DNA of 63,955 bases, the filler included, from Reticulomyxa filosa (lineage: Eukaryota > Protista > Foraminifera): assembly GCA_000512085.1 (NCBI GenBank). It is 16 parts of 16 records of this genome, joined end to end, with 100 filler letters (N's around TTAATTAATTAA, not from the genome) between each part and the next. Parts side by side here need not be neighbours in the genome. Positions count along the whole stretch, not along the records: positions 62,684 to 63,955 come from ASPP01001462.1; 15 more parts are not named here. One strand, 5' to 3'. Below, one piece after another: positions 62,584 through 63,955 of this stretch; within the stretch, counting starts at the first letter, position 1, and each line of letters opens with the position of its first letter. A program made the position numbers and the translations under genes. The notes beneath the pieces were generated by a model. That model searched no databases. It was not told the origin of the DNA and worked only from the letters and a program-made list of their open reading frames with translations.

Positions 62584-63955
62584 NNNNNNNNNNNNNNNNN
62601 NNNNNNNNNNNNNNNNNNNNNNNNNNNTTAATTAATTAANNNNNNNNNNNNNNNNNNNNNNNNNNNNNNNNNNNNNNNNNNNNAGTCTCGTAAACAAGTA
62701 GCAAAAGAAGATGAGAGATGCTGGACAGGGAAATGCAACCATCTGTTTTTTGTTTTCAAAATAGACAGCGAACAAAAAAAAGATGAAAGATAAAAAAATA
62801 AAAAAAATGGAACTACCTCCCTTTTTGAGCATCTTTTTTGTTATATTTTTTGATAGAATCCATAACTTTGAATCTTTTTTTGTATTTAGAATTGAAATTA
62901 AATGTTGTTCTCTTGATATTATGCTTATTTCTATTTTCGTTTTTTTAACGTATCCAATGTGTGAAACATTTTTTTAAGTTACATATCGATTGTCCTATGC
63001 CAAACATACATGCAAATTTTAATATTCAGAGGAATAATTGCACGTTATTTTCTTTTTTCAATAAAATAATATGTTGAAATATTACCAGTATTTGTTGATT
63101 TGCTTCGAGTGATGTGGTTTGACAAAAAAAGCAAATAAACTTGTCGATTATATAATTATTGTATTATAAGTATTTATATTACTAGCTTTTTTGCTGATGA
63201 ATGGCTTGCATATTTTAGCGATGAAATAGGTAGTAACAATGAATTCTCTGCGTTGCATTGCAACATTATTCATTTGTTTGCTTATCCAACAATCGACGAA
63301 TTACACATTTTCTTTTGTATACGTACGTTCCACACACTTTACAAAGACTTTACTGATTCTAAGTTAACTCTTTTTATTCAATCAATAGCAAAAGTATTTT
63401 GACATTCGAGAAAATAAATTACTGCGTGACACTGGAAGTGCCTGTAATGCTTTATCAATTATGCCTTTGTTAGCACATTCATGTGACCTCTCTTGTCTGT
63501 TAAATCTATTACATAAAAAAAAAATATGGAATTAACCATTTTTTGAAAGTGTTTCAACTAAAACGAAAAAGAATTACTGTCATCCCATTAATAAAAAAAA
63601 ATTTATGTTATCTGATTGTTCTTCATGTTTCTATTTTGAAATTTAATCAAAATTCTTCACTGTATAATCACGTTGCAATCACTATATTTTAATTTAATAA
63701 AATAACTCAATAATCATAAATCGAACGAGTAAATAAATAAAAACATAATTTTGAATTGAAAAATAATGATGAGTTAAACAGTTCTTAAAAAGGGTCTAGT
63801 TCCAGATTTTTTATTTTTTTATGTTACATCATTTGTTTCAAACCTTATTTTTAAAGCTTCGAAGGATAAAATTTTTATTCCCGGATTGCCGAAGGAATTA
63901 CATGTATGAAAGTAGCTGAGATAATCAAAAGAGACGATAATTACTTTTTTTTTTT

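Noticed and set aside
11018-62683. Regularly recurring TTAATTAATTAA palindrome as a biological repeat or CRISPR-like array
   Set aside because: It is always embedded in exactly 44+44 Ns, so it is an assembly concatenation linker.
1-63955. Functional clustering of the genes, e.g. caspase-TPR with the C80 protease, WD40 proteins and kinases as one locus or operon
   Set aside because: They lie on separate contigs joined artificially, so only within-contig adjacency is informative.
1-63955. Alternative genetic code (stop reassignment), tRNA/rRNA genes, telomeric repeats
   Set aside because: Conserved genes end in TAA, TAG or TGA, and internal stops are explained by introns or single indels. I recognised no RNA gene or telomere pattern.

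Overview
This is AT-rich eukaryotic nuclear DNA, and it is not one continuous locus. Fifteen artificial 100-nt spacers (N44-TTAATTAATTAA-N44, stops in all six frames) join 16 contigs, so gene neighbourhoods across a spacer mean nothing. The expanded WD40, Kelch and caspase-TPR families, the poly-A/T-rich introns and the LINE debris resemble the foraminiferan Reticulomyxa filosa (Rhizaria); this assignment is inference. Recognisable genes, mostly spliced and often truncated at contig ends: a PB1-like/pseudo-caspase/TPR protein, a GT10 fucosyltransferase, Fused/STK36 kinase, a FAM135 esterase, a Kelch-WD40 fusion, a SAM-like tandem-repeat protein, importin-alpha, dynactin p150, a JMJD8-like JmjC protein, a cyclin C-terminus, a PI-PLC X-domain protein, a C80/CPD-like cysteine protease fusion, an aftiphilin-like protein, PKG and a WD40 protein. 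Several decayed non-LTR retrotransposons and two dispersed repeat families are also present. The most notable points are: (1) an intronless clan-CD protease resembling bacterial toxin CPDs, fused to a eukaryotic-type domain; (2) an NLR-like caspase-fold/TPR protein whose catalytic Cys is replaced; (3) a candidate GA-AG intron and a divergent splice-site grammar; (4) a ~750-bp tandem array whose internal modules are inverted or permuted between copies; and (5) four -1 frameshifts at or near A-runs, probably pyrosequencing errors. All domain calls come from motif recognition by eye; no searches were run.
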